Shown here piece by piece: positions 51,481 through 64,000 of a stretch of 64,000 bases of DNA. Below the pieces are notes generated by a model that did no database searches, was not told where the DNA came from, and saw nothing but the letters and a program-made list of their open reading frames with translations. The position numbers were made by a program, and so were the translations under genes. Each line of letters begins with the position of its first letter. Positions within the stretch are counted from its first letter, which is position 1. The DNA comes from Eledone cirrhosa (lineage: Eukaryota): contig OZ024743.1 in the NCBI GenBank assembly GCA_964016885.1, positions 286,378,001 to 286,442,000 on the forward strand. Reading direction: 5' to 3'.

Positions 51481-53798
51481 ATGGCTCCATATATTAGATC
51501 AGAGATTACCAAAGATCGAAATGCCTTGTTTTTTTTATGTCACACCGACAGATGCAAGTCACATAGCAGAAAAATACTTCCCTTTAATTGTGTGGTATTT
51601 TCCCACAGAAAAACTTATTGCGAGAAAAATCGTTTCCAAGTGAAATCTCAGAAAGCTTTTATAGAAAAATTTATTTTTATTAAAAGTCGACCATCGTTAT
51701 GCAAATAGTCACTTTGGTTGACGTCGGCGCAAAAGTGTCAAGAATATCTTTACAAAATTCTAGCAAAGCAGGAATTATTCTATTAAAGAATAATTTATTA
51801 TTTCAACTTGAAGTGGATAATTATTACAGCATTTGCAATGACTATCGTGTGTAATCGATTTCATTTCTTGAAGAATTTGATGATTTTATATAGATATTAT
51901 TAAATTACTCTTCCAACAAGGACAAAAAATGCAATCATGATGTGTAACGTTAAAGTTAACGATAATAAATGTTTTTGTCAGTGAACATCATAAAAAAAAA
52001 CTCGTTGAACAAGAGGTGCAACGTAAACTTGAAGAATGTAAAAACAAGTTTTGCCACAAAAAGTAACATTCCATACTTCAACAAAGCGAATTTAAAGAGC
52101 AATTCTCAGAGTTGTTAATTTTATCCTTATGCACATTAATTCTCTTGAACTTTGGGTTTGTTCTTTCAAATGGCCTTTGACCCAAACGTAACGATGTTGA
52201 TATATAAATGTTGTTAAATCAGCCCTCGGAGTGAATCAGATTTGCAGAGAAGTGTACTTGGGGTATCAAGAAGGAGTATTTTTCTCTCGGGAATAATAAT
52301 TTCAAATAGATTTACTGAGGCCTATGGAGGGATTAGATCTTATCATTGACAGCGGTGAGCTGCACTTGTTTCATGGTTTTTATTTATAAGTACATAACTG
52401 GCCTAAAAGTGAAAGTTAAGTGTCTTGGCCATAGAAAGTGTGCTGTCGTTGAAGGGATACGATCTATGAACTGTTTAGTTGATAGCATGACACCAACTCA
52501 GCTGGATCAACTACGATTTTTATCTGAATCTGACTGAAAGAAAGAAAATGAGAAGATAATTTGATACACTGTATATATATATGTGTGTGTGTGTTGCAGT
52601 TGTGAAAGGAAATCTATTCGACAGCGCTGGCACCGATCCAATAATTTCAAGAAATATTTATTCCCTTAACCCCTATATCTTGTAGGCTATCAACATTCTT
52701 TATATAACTAATTAACTCTTCTATAAATATCTTGAAGTCATTTAGATAACCTATGGAGTAAAAACTGAAACAAGCTGCAACAAATTGTTAAATATCTTTA
52801 AAATATACGAAGTAATCATTATAGATATTCAGTGCTGTGGATTTATAATGCAATTGTCAAAGGTATCACGTCGTTAATTCATGGTGATCCATCTTTTCCT
52901 TGTAAAGTGTTTTCATCGTCAATATCGGCCATCTCTTAACCTTTTAATTTCTGTCGGTTATTATGTTTATAACTATGTCTCCGGCTCACCCAACGCTAAG
53001 CTTCAGCATAACACCAACACTAACTGTGCTCCTCTGAACTAGACAGGAGAAATTCCAGAGTAACAAGAGTAAAGTTGGGCCTTAATATAGAATATATCAA
53101 GAATTATTATGGAATTGAAATCTTATTCTCACGATTGTCAATACTAATGGCATATATATATATATATAAATATACATGTGGCGAGGGGGGGGGGAGAAGA
53201 AAGCGGTTGTTGCAAAACTGACAACGACGAAAACACATGAAAATATAAGGTAAAAACAAAGTATGGTCGTTAGCTTGACGCTTAGGAAATAGAAAAAGAT
53301 CTGTCTTCGACTTTTCGAGCTTAAATTCTTTTTCAGGTGGGGGAATTGAAAAAAGGGAATAAAGAAAAAATAAAAGAGAAAGTAGAAATGAGGTGAGAAA
53401 ATACGTGCTTTGAAACAGATCTCGCCACATTGAAAATGACCGGAAATGAGGCGAAGAAAAAAGTGGTTTTATACACATGAGAGTGACAGGGGAGATAGCT
53501 GTAAGATTAGTGTGTCTAATTATATGCGTGTATGTGTATATTCCCACTGTGCATACGTGCACGCTATTCAAATATAATGTCTATGAGTGTGTTGGTAGTT
53601 CTCTTTGAGGATATGTGTGCGCGCAAGTGTGTACTTTTGGCTTTAATATATTCATTGTGATTGTATGTGAAAATGAATGCTTGAAAGTGGAATTGTGTGT
53701 ATACTCAACGAATTTTGTGTCTTTTGTGAATACATATGTATGTAAAGCTGTTAGTTTGTGCTGTTTGTGTTTTGTATATGATTTCTTGTTATGTATGT

Positions 53799-56700
53799 CA
53801 GTGGTCGCCAACATGGGTTCCGTGGAACCTTGGGGTTCCGTAAAACAAACTCCGGGTTCCTTAAAAAAATAAATATTTACATTACCATTAATATTTTGGG
53901 TTTTCTGAAAAAGGTGCAAAGAAAATGCCAAATGTGCAATGTATAAATGAACAAGTACTATTGTAGTGTACACAGGTTCTCCACTCCAATTCTTTGAAAA
54001 CACTACTTTCAGTTTCTCACTTGAATTAGCAGGAAAACACTGTTCTGAGATTCGTGGAAATTGAATACTTTCAATTTCACATCAATTTTAGGAAAGACAT
54101 AGTTTTCTGAATTCCGAGGATTTGACTACTACTCATAATACACTAATTGAACTTAGAAATTGACCAATCACGAACAAGTAAATGTTGGTCGATGACAGCG
54201 TAACTTTAAACTGAAAACTTCAGTTCAGCGAGGTCTCTCAGCCAAGAGGCAGGGTCAGTTCGCTGAATTTTCGTCGTCTAAATTTTCCTCACTGAGTGAA
54301 CTCGCTTACTAGTCGTTTTCAACATGCATCCAGTTCCACAGACAATTCTAAATAACACATTACATTCTGTTGTACTTTGCACAGAAAATATAACGCCTAT
54401 AAAGTTTTGACTACTAACAAAGGTAATTTTGTATTCCATGCATACACTATAAACTTTGCCACACAATTATGTATTCATTTGATGTCATCTGCATTCACAA
54501 TTGAGAAATTACTTTATACAATAAATATATATGTCCATAAACATTTGACTAAACTTTATTTGTTCCAATCTAATATATGTTTAACGCAGCCTAAAGCCTT
54601 CTTATATTATATCTAACTTTGAGTCAAAATAGATAGAAGATATCTGAATTAATTTCCAATACCATCGTCACATCTACACTATCAGCTGATTTGCATTTTT
54701 TGCACCTTTTAGTATGGCGGATATTTAAATATATTTACATTACCAATAATATTTAATACGACCCTAAAGTAGTATATGCAGGAAGTGCTGGACTCTGAAA
54801 AAAATTTCTTCTAGTTGTTCATAAATTTGCACTTTTTTCAGTAACCCCTAATATTTTAATATTATTATAAGACTTTAAATAATATGTTTGCCATCCTAAA
54901 ATGGAGAAATTTCAATTTTTAAAAATTAAAATCTTTTTTTAACTAGTTAAGTTTTTCCAAATATCTAAAATTAAAGTTAATTTAAGTACTTTTTGTAATT
55001 AAAAAAACTGTTAATTTCTCTTGTTTATTAATGTCATATTAAAAATGTTAACTGTAGATAAATAACATTGATATGATGTCTACTGCAAAGAAGCTGAAGT
55101 TAGATACCAGCAGTAAGGTTAGACAGTGGTGTGATGATTATGTTAGATATGGATTTCAAAAAGCTGACACTAAAAAAGATACACCAGATCAGCCCATGTG
55201 TTTGTTATGTTCAAAAGTTCTATCAAATAGCTGTTTAAATCCTGCAAAACTTAAAAGACACATTGATACTAATCACGCCAATGATAAAAACAAGTCACTG
55301 GAATACTTTACTTCGCTGAAAAACAACATTAAAAAATCACAAGCTAATATGTATGACTTGTTTTGTAAAAAGTCAGATAGAAATAAAGCTTTAACAAGAA
55401 CATCTTTTGAGATTTCACATTTGATTGGTAAAAACAAGAAACCATTTACATTAGGAGAACAGTTAATTCTGCCAAGTATAAAAATTGCTACAGAGAATCT
55501 TTTTGAAAGCTGCAGTATTAAGGACAAAGAAAAATTAAGCCAGTTACCATTGTCAGCAAATACCGTAAAAAGAGGGATAATTGATATTTATTCTGATAGA
55601 AAATCAGATACTAACTACACTAAAGAAAAGCCCATGTTTTGGATTGCAAGTGGACGAAACTACGGATATTAATAACAAGGCTCAATTAATTTGCTATGTA
55701 CGGTTTGTAGACCTTGATAAAAAAGAATTAGTAGAAGAGTATTTGTTTTGTCTGGCATTAGACATCACAACTAAAGGTCAAAATATATTTAATAAAATTG
55801 AAGAGTATTTTTTAAAAAATGGTGTATCTTGAAGTAAGTTGACTTCAATAACAACAGATGGAGCAGCTGCAATGACTGGTAAAAATTCTGGTTTGATTGC
55901 AAAAATTAAAGAACAGACCCCAAATTGTATTTCAATTCATTGTATGATTCATCGAGAGGTTTTGTGTTAAAAAAAATTCAAAGACAGAGATGCTCAAATA
56001 TTAAATGACCAGCTGAAAGACATTGTCAAAATTATCAATTTGATCCATGCAAGAGCAAAAAATTCTAGAATGTTTGAATCTATTTGTGAATCTTCTGGAA
56101 ATAATTATAATAGATTGTTATTGAACAATGATGTGCGTTGGCTGTCTTTTGGGGATGCTATGAAGAGAGTTTTTGAACTGAGAGAAGAAATAATAGTTTT
56201 TCTAAAAAAACAGAATGATGAAAGAGCAAGTGTATTAGAAACCAATGAATGGAATGTGCAACTCGCTTATTTAGTAGACATTTTTGGTGAACTGAACAAA
56301 CTAAATAAGTGTCTTCAGGGTAACAATGCAGATATTTTTACTTCAATCAATTTTATTACATATTTTCAATCAAAATTAAACATCTTCATAAAAAGAATTG
56401 AATCGGACAATTACTTTCAAACCTTGAAATAGAGCTTAAAAAGAGAGAAAATTTTGACTCCAGCAATCTAAAGAAGATTATTCTTTCTCATTTAAATGTG
56501 CTTTCCACAGGTTTTTCAGATTATTTTGACTTGATGGAAAAAGATATTGTTAGCGGAAATTTATGGATAAAAAACCCGTTCACCGAGATCGAACAGTTAG
56601 TGTCAGAAAATGACGCTGGAAATTGTAAAAATTTACTATCTGCTCAATGCTTACATCAGTTGATGGATTTGAATTCAAACGAAGACCTGAAAGTGATATT

Positions 56701-57106
56701 GGAAAGCAGAAAGAAAGAACTATGGATCGACTTATTCTTGATTGGGGAGTTTAATGAAATCAGCCAACTTGCATTGAAGTATTTGACTTTATTCCCATCT
56801 AGCTATTTGTGCGAAAAAGGGTTTTCACAGTTGGTGGAAATCTACACAAAGAAGAGGAATAAACTGTCAACAATTGACGAGTGTATGAGACTGGCATTAA
56901 CTAGTGTTGAACCTCGATTTTCTAAACTCACTGATGAGGCGCAGCAGCAGAAAAGCCATTGGGTTCGATTACATACACACGCATGAAACACTAAAATAAA
57001 TAAATACTTTATTATTTTTTTTGAAAAGTTTTGTATTGTATAGGTTCTGTGAAGAATTCAAAATATTTAGAGGGTTCCTCGGTTTTAGAAAGGTTGGCGA
57101 CCACTG
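53799..57106 (+). mobile_element. Complete hAT (Buster/Charlie-type) DNA transposon, 3308 bp
   Basis: Perfect 14-bp TIR CAGTGGTCGCCAAC, 8-bp TSD ATGTATGT on both sides, subterminal gggttcc repeats. Confidence 0.97.
55073..56986 (+). pseudogene. Buster-type hAT transposase (ZBED5/ZBED8-like), disrupted
   Basis: BED finger CLLC...LKRHIDTNH, VDETTD, TTDGAAAM, HCMIHRE, VRWLS and YLCEKGFS. Frameshifts and stops near 55590, 55830, 55970 and 56430-56470. Confidence 0.93.
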
Positions 57107-57129
57107 ATGTATGTCACTTAGGTGTTACG

Positions 57130-57628
57130 TATGGATATGTATGTATGTTCTTCTGGTTTTATAATTTCACAAATGTTTTCCAATAGAGAGAGAAAGTCGG
57201 TTTCTAACATAGATACAAGACTCTCTCATTGGAATTTACACAACATCAATATTATATGCATGTCTGCATGCATGCATGTGTGAGCAGGTATGGATGTTAT
57301 TGTTTGTGTGAATGTGTATGTTTTGAGTTGTGTGTGCATGTGCATATGTTTTTTATCTGTACATGTGTATATGCAGTTATTAGATGCAGAATATTTGAAT
57401 GTTTTACATATTTTTACTGTTCCATGAATGGGTTGTACTTGTAATTTACTAACTAGTCGTGTTCTTTCTGTTTCTGTGAAGCCCAGCTTCTCAAGATTTG
57501 TACTGAGGCAGTTACTAACATACCCCAGTGCCTCAATAATCACAGGCATAAATCTGAAGGTATAGTCAGAGTGGAGTATCTTCAGATTTCTCATTAGTTC
57601 TGCATAGATATTCTCGTTTTCGTAAGGC
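57130..57628 (-). mobile_element. 3' fragment of an RLE-type (R4/Dong-like) non-LTR retrotransposon
   Basis: E.IYAELMRNLKIL...FMPVIIEALG...LEKLG...LQ...GTVKICKTF matches the restriction-like endonuclease C-terminus. Flanked by (ATGT)n. Confidence 0.7.
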
Positions 57629-58505
57629 ATGTATGTATGTATGTATGTATGTATGTATGTATGTATGTATGTAGGTAGGTAGGTAGGTAGGTAAATGAGT
57701 GTGACAGGCGGGTAGCGGGTTTAAAGAAAGAAAGAGTTGCGAATTCAGATTATATTAACAAAGAATAGATAAATTATTGTGTTCGCGCCAGATACAAAAG
57801 TTCGTGAACCCCTATACAGAACTATGACGAACACGAAGGAATGTGAGATAGTGTGATCCGTAAAGCGGAAATGACTTGAAACGAGAGTCGTTTCTGATTT
57901 TGATGTGTAGAAAATGCTTTGGTCAGTTTGAACAATGTATAAAGAGTAACGGAGCGAGAATTTAAGGCAGTAGATGAGATTAGTGGAAATACAGATAATT
58001 GTTTCTACTTTTGGCACAAGGCCATCAATTACCCAGTACATTACTGGTACTTTATTTTATCGACCCCGTAAGGATGAAAGGCAAATTGGAAATACAGATA
58101 ATGGAGTTTAGTTATAGGGAAGGAAAAGCTATTAGTTCCGGTGAAGACAATGGCATTAGAGAAGATGGGACGAAAGCAAGGGAGGAATCCATGTGGGAGA
58201 TGTAGCACATGCTCGTTTACATTTCAATAAGGAGTCTTACGAATAGTCTTAAAGTAGAGGTAATCCGATCCTGGTTAATTGTTAAGTAACAATCGAACAG
58301 GTCGGGATCCCGTTTTAGGGTGAAAGCAGAAATTTTTTGCTTAAGCTTTAAATCTGTGCTAATAATAAATATATGCTCTACTGGTTTATATATACTTATA
58401 TATATATACAACCCTTATCGAGTCCTCTGTGGATTTTGGCCTTTGTATTTATTATTACTAATATATATATATATGTGTATGTGTGTGTGCGTCTGTATAC
58501 ATATA

Positions 58506-58561
<56 letters not shown>

Positions 58562-58633
58562 TTATTCCGTGTTGAATCGGAGGTAACCACAGTAAGTAAG
58601 GTACTCAATACATAGCAGGGTATAAAGTGTTAA

Positions 58634-58746
58634 TATAGAAGAGCTTCTGCAGGACTAGAACTGTTTCATTCATGAGAAATCATTAGGAGCTTCCTGATGA
58701 TTTCTCATGAATGAAACACTTCTAGTCCTGTAGAAGCTCTTCTATA
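58634..58746. repeat. 113-bp near-perfect palindrome made of two divergent hammerhead motifs
   Basis: atatagaagagcttctgcagg...cattagg-agctt-cctgatg...cctgtagaagctcttctatat. Confidence 0.9.
58687..58739 (+). ncRNA. Type I hammerhead ribozyme
   Basis: GAGCTTC CTGATGA t TTC tcat GAA t GAAA CA(c) ttctagtc CTG TA GAAGCTC: 7-bp stem I, intact core, GUA triplet. Confidence 0.8.
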
Positions 58747-58754
58747 TATATATA

Positions 58755-61090
58755 TCTTCTCTATATATATAAAACGGTAGATGTCTGTCTGTGTGTGTGT
58801 ATGATTTTTATGCATTTCCACATTTCTCTACCGATTTTGATGATTTTTTCCCCAATGTGCTCCAAATTTACCAGGGCAGGTCAACGTGTAATTATTTATT
58901 TTTGCCAAAAATTTACTGCTTCTATAAAAAAAATCGATAAAACTAAATACATGCTGTAACCCTCTCTCTTACACGCTTCATTCCTCTCACTACTACCATC
59001 AAAAATATATGAAACTACATACATGTTGCAACTCTCTTTAAAAGGTTCATCCTTTCCTCTACTCCACTCTCAATCTCCTCTGCAACTCTCTTTAAAAGGT
59101 TACTGCCTCCGTCTACTACCCTACAGTTTAAAACAACGACAAAACTTCTTTTGAAGGAACGCGACACAAACTTTGAAACCTAAGCAACACATCGATTTAT
59201 ACAACAACCATAGCTTTACTCACTCCGTCGCTCTTCCCTCTCTCTCCAATAGATAATTCCCTCTCTCTATAATTTAACTGCTTTACTCTCTTCATGCTTC
59301 GAGGTTTAACACTAGCTTCACTCTCTCTCTATAATAGATCATTCCCCCTCTTCGTTCGGGAACGCGAAAAAATGTTGATAACTAAGCGACACTCATACAT
59401 CAAATATAAAAATTTAAAAAGCCGATAACACTAAATACATACTGCTCTCTCTGTTGATGGAGAAATATGTGATACGTACCGGGAAGCCTGCTTTAAGTGT
59501 GGTCTTTTGGAAGATGATTCGCAATGGGATTCCACTTTAGCAGAGGGTGCTTTGTTGAAATCACCTAAAGGTCTACGGGAATTCTTTGCCATTTTACTTC
59601 AAAAGTGTGAATTGGGTGATCCCAAATCTTTATGGGTCAAGTACAGAGATTTCATGTCTGAGGACTTCCTGCGCCTGGCTCATCTGCAGTATACTTCAGT
59701 GGAAGTTGGTTACAGCGACATTATCTACAACAGGTCACTCATTGATATCGAGGACGCCCTCCTCGACATGGGTGGGAGTGAGTTGACGACGTATGGCTTG
59801 CCGTCAACCGTCAGAGAGGAAGCTAACACGTTGGCCTCGGATTTGTTGCGGGAAACAGCATATGACATCGAATCTCTTTCCCAATACTTAGAGGAAAATG
59901 AGCCCAAACTTCTGTCGGACCAAAGGTTGGCCTATTTAACTATCATTGACGCGGTTCAAAATCAGACTGGGGGTATTTACTTTCTCGATGCTCCTGGGGG
60001 TACCGGAAAAACTTTTGCAACGAAATTTTAGCACTTGGTGAGGGCAAGGTCCCTGCTGATGACAAGGGCGCCATAGCAATCGACTCCCTGTGCAACATTG
60101 TGAGCAGCCCTTCTGACCTTTGGGAAGCAGTTTTTCCTAATGTCTCATCTAACTTTAAAAACCTCGATTGGCTCAGCGAAAGAGCCATCCTTGCTCCGAA
60201 AAATACCATGGTTAATTTTATTAACGAGCAGCTGATTGAGAAGTTTCCCGGTAAAGAACACATCTTCAAATCTATCGACCGGACGTCAGACTTCGACGAT
60301 ATCGTTAATTATCCGGTTGAGTTATTAAATTCCCTTGAGCCCCCTGGGCTCCCACCTCACATTCTTAAGCTTAGGGTTGGCTGTCCCATTATGCTAATAA
60401 GGAATTTGCGTCCACCAAAGCAGTGCAACGGTACTCGCAAGGTCGTCAAGTCACTGACGCCCAACTTGATTGAGACCACCATTGTAACGGGGTGCAGGAG
60501 AGGGGAGAATGTTTTTATTCCAAGGATGAACCTTTTCCCCTCGGCATCAGATATCCAGTTCGATTTCCGGCGATCCCAATTCCCGGTGAGACCATGTTTT
60601 GCCATGTCCATTAACAAGTCACAAAGGCAAACATTGTCGGTGGCGGGCATCCATTTGGGGGAGCCATGCTTCTCCCATGGCCAACTTTATGTTGCCTGTT
60701 CCCGCGTAGGGAGCTGGAATGGACTTTTTGCTTACACTCCTCAAGGGATGACACGCAATATCGTCTCCAAAGAGGTGCTATAGATGTTGGTGCTGGTGCT
60801 GGAGCTATGCCGTCTGGAAAACTGGTAGGGTCACCCATAGCGGACAGATCTGACACCCAGCGACATCAGGGCCACCATCTTGCAACTTTGGTCTACTAAA
60901 TTCGCTATTGGAAGATTATTAACCTATCATTGATTGTCCAAAATGCTAATTCGTTCGTAACTATTAATAACCGGTTCAACTGCTTTATGCACTTAATTGA
61001 TAAGCTTATGCGCTTTCAAGCTATGTTTACCTGTATGTAACTTTTCATAGCAAATGAACAAACCCGAGCAACGCCGGGCTAAACTGCTAG
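58755..61090 (+). mobile_element. Internally deleted Helitron with PIF1-like helicase remnant
   Basis: A|TC..tatatataaaa start; cccgagcaacgccggg hairpin plus CTAG|T end; RepHel coding remnants inside. Confidence 0.92.
59445..60783 (+). pseudogene. Helitron RepHel C-terminal (PIF1 helicase) fragments
   Basis: TYREAC..GLLEDDSQW, FLDAPGGTGKTF (Walker A), ERAILAPKN, GLPPHILKLRVGCPIMLIRNL, RSQFPVRPCFAMSINKSQ and FSHGQLYVACSRV. The central helicase motifs are deleted near 60025. Confidence 0.92.
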
Positions 61091-61319
61091 TATATATATA
61101 TATATACACTCACATATACAAGTGTGAGTATGCATACATTACATATACTTTTTGTTGTTCCACTTGTTCCATTTACTTACAAAAAAAATATATGTATGTG
61201 AGTAACACTATTATAAATTAGATATATATATTATTATAAGAGCTCTCTTCCTTCACTAATGATCATGTATGTAACACAAGAAACTTGATGTCTCACAGTC
61301 CAGAGTCTCATACGGTTAT

Positions 61320-62345
61320 TTATTTTAATAACTGTATGCATAGTGGTTTGTTGGTTGGTTCATCACACAAAAACGAAAGCTGACAATCGAAAAGTAAGTA
61401 CACCTTTAACGAAGGGTATAAGTAAGAAATTGTTAGAATGATTTAACATGATTGTTAGATGAAATAACAAGAATAGCGATTTACTTCATATACAAAGGTT
61501 TACTTCAATTGAGTCAACAAGAACAATAATCAAGTTACTACGAGTTGCGAAGGTTGACAATGTTATTTTGTTGTTGTGAAAACAGCGAGCGACCAGATAA
61601 AGTTTGTTGGTGGTTGCAGTCCGTGGTAGTGGTTCTCGTCGTGAGTCTGGTTTAGTCTGCGACCAGGAGAGAAAGAAAGTAATGGTCTGTAGACCTCTGA
61701 ATGGTCTGCAGTTGACTGTAGACCATTGTGGCTTGTAGATAGCGGTGAATCTTTCACATAGCTTGTAATAGCGTACTGCTCCAATCTCTCTGTATTTCTG
61801 TAGACCTCTGGGGCCTGAAGGTAGCGGTGAATCTTTCACATGGCTGGTCTGTATCGTGGTGCTCCGATCTCTCTGTATAAACGTGGGATGATACAGGTTT
61901 TATATACCTGTCGTTTTCTGTCTCCCACCTTGAGGGGATAGCCCACGCATGAACCTGTTCACACCAAAGGGGTGGTGACCTAGAGTTTGACCTTTAGGTG
62001 TCACCCAAGGTTCAAGGCGTGGACAGATTTCGCTACACACCAATGGAATAAGAGTATATCCAGGAAGGTTTATTGATTTTATAACATCAAAGATGAAGAA
62101 AAACATCCCGGGAATGCTAAACCAACCTGACTGCTATTTTTAGCAGGCTGGGAATCAACCATAAGGGATTCTCTCTGCGCGTTCGTTGTCAGTGATTCTC
62201 GTATTTCGCGGCCAGCGTCTCCAATTCGAACGCTGGTTTACACACACACTATAAACAAGACAACGCATCTAATACAGACAGTTTTTCTTCTGTCGGTCTT
62301 CTCTTATCATCACTTTCCCCGGGCGAAGCTGGGTACATCAGCTAG
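61320..62345 (+). mobile_element. Helitron-like element (5' boundary uncertain)
   Basis: 3' cccgggcgaagctgggtacatcagCTAG|T as at 33375. 5' ggttggtt..atcacac.aaaac motif shared with about 32745. Confidence 0.6.
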
Positions 62346-62682
62346 TTTCTAATATGTTTCGATGTTTATTGTATACATATATGTATGTCTATCTGTCTGT
62401 ATGTATTATGTATGAAAGAATGACAAGTTATATGAATGTAAAATCACGTTTTCTAATATCTATTCTTTTTTCTCTGCCTTGAATAAATGGTTCTCCTCCC
62501 TCCTTAGTAAATTTAGTGAGAGGTGTACATAAGGAAGGAAAGAATGTTAAACACGTATCGTGGGTTTTAAATACTTGAGTTAACAGTAAGCGTAAGTAAG
62601 CGTCCAAACGATAAGCGTGTTTCTCGCGTCTATGAAACTTCAAGTAATGCATCTCTGAGTCAAACTATTAATACGTATATAT

Positions 62683-62754
<72 letters not shown>

Positions 62755-62879
62755 CGTCCGTGTAATTGTGTGTGCGTGTGTAGAGCTACACGAATGTAGT
62801 TAATAATGATACAATGGAAGAGTAGGAGAAAAAAACGGCACAAGTAAAATAAATAGTTTAAGAATTAGAATCTTATGTT

Positions 62880-63800
62880 ATGACCAAGTTTTCTCTTCTT
62901 CGGTGTAGTCTTTGCATAAATTCTTTCAGTCTTTATTGTAGATCAACATAATCTTTCTTTCTTTTCTTCATGGGTGTCTCTGCAATTGAATTGCTGTCTA
63001 TCCCACTACTTAAAGCAGCTTCTTCCTTCTGAACTATTCCGATAAGTTCCCAGAGAGATGGATGCTGGTATCCCAAAAGGGAAAATTTGTTGTTTGAGCT
63101 TTCACACAGGTTGTTGATTTTGGGGACAGTTATTCATGGTAGTTTGATGCGTGTTCCAAAGTTTTTGCGGGGATATTGCTGAAATGTACCGTAAATTAAG
63201 TGCTGAACTGCCTGCCTAGGTGCTACATCCTCCTCTTCAGATATATATACTAGAAACATAAATTTAGTTAAAATATACTAGTAGTAGAGCTAGCTCTTCG
63301 AGACATCTAATTTGAGTAGTCGCATTCTTGCTGGGACATCTATCTCTCCACAGAAATTATGAAAATCATCAATGTTTGTAGTAGTTGATCAGATCTAGGT
63401 TCTATCTTTTCCCGGGTATTCTGGATCAGGTAGTAGAATCATCCTTAAATATGTTGTTTCTGGTCCCAAAACACCGTTAATGGTTTGGATGACTATCTGC
63501 TTGAAGTCAACAATTAAGGTTGGTTGGTACAGTTCAATCCCATGGCAGCGAACCATGACTGCTTGCAGCAGTGTTTCATATGTATCTTTTGTTTTAGACT
63601 GCAGACAAGCAAAAACAGCAGAAACTGCAGGATGACTAAATGGCACACGTATTACATAGAGCTGCAGAAATCCAGATGAAGTCGTTGCAGTTGCTTTGGT
63701 CATAACATAAAATGATTGGCCACAACATAAGACTTTAGTTGTTAAACTATACATTTTAGCTGAACTATTCTTGTAATACAATATTAATAGATGATTTTAT
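62880..63800 (-). pseudogene. MULE (Mutator) transposase remnant
   Basis: QLYVIR...VFACLQSKTKDTY..LL...IVDF and INNLCESSNNKF..GYQHPSLWELI. Confidence 0.8.
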
Positions 63801-64000
63801 CAGTTGATATTTATTTTTTAATCAACTATTTATTTTAGTTGTGGCATTCCCACCTATTTTCCCACTTGTGCCATTTTTATCAGTATAATTTTTTTTGTGT
63901 GCAATCATTTATTGACCTAAACCATATATAACTGTATGTAAATAAACAGGCAAGTTAGAGGGCCCTTAAATCCTGATGGTGATGCAGCGTGTCTTCAGTA

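Noticed and set aside
51490-52230. Possible MULE-like transposase decay
   Set aside because: No convincing motif recovered in any frame.
55073-56986. Domesticated ZBED5/ZBED8-like host gene
   Set aside because: Stops and frameshifts together with intact TIRs and TSD show it is a transposon copy.
58295-58350. Hammerhead-like ccc-gtttta-ggg-tGAAAGCA...TGCTT
   Set aside because: The 5' core has three mismatches and there is no stem I.
60100-60783. Host PIF1 helicase gene
   Set aside because: Intronless fragment bounded by Helitron termini and missing central motifs.

Overview
AT-rich, microsatellite-dense eukaryotic DNA with no supportable host exon. It is most likely intergenic or deep-intronic sequence from a coleoid cephalopod (Octopus-like), an inference from the tRNA-SINE family and repeat landscape. 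Nearly all identifiable sequence is transposon-derived. The intact-ended elements are a full-length RTE LINE with TSD (37258-40678) and a complete but decayed hAT/Buster element with TIRs and an 8-bp TSD (53799-57106). Also present are a Tx1/L1 LINE, further RTE and R4-like fragments, about 8 Helitron units, Chapaev3, MULE, mariner, Tigger and piggyBac-MITE remnants, Penelope-like GIY-YIG fragments and many SINEs. The most notable signal is a set of type I hammerhead ribozyme motifs from at least three or four unrelated repeat families, all inserted in or beside microsatellites and mostly in fold-back arrangements. One is a non-coding 425-bp monomer with a head-to-tail junction (20389-21260, second locus 25570-26020) that looks like a retrozyme (candidate circular-RNA retroelement). 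All calls were made by eye; no database search or folding program was run.
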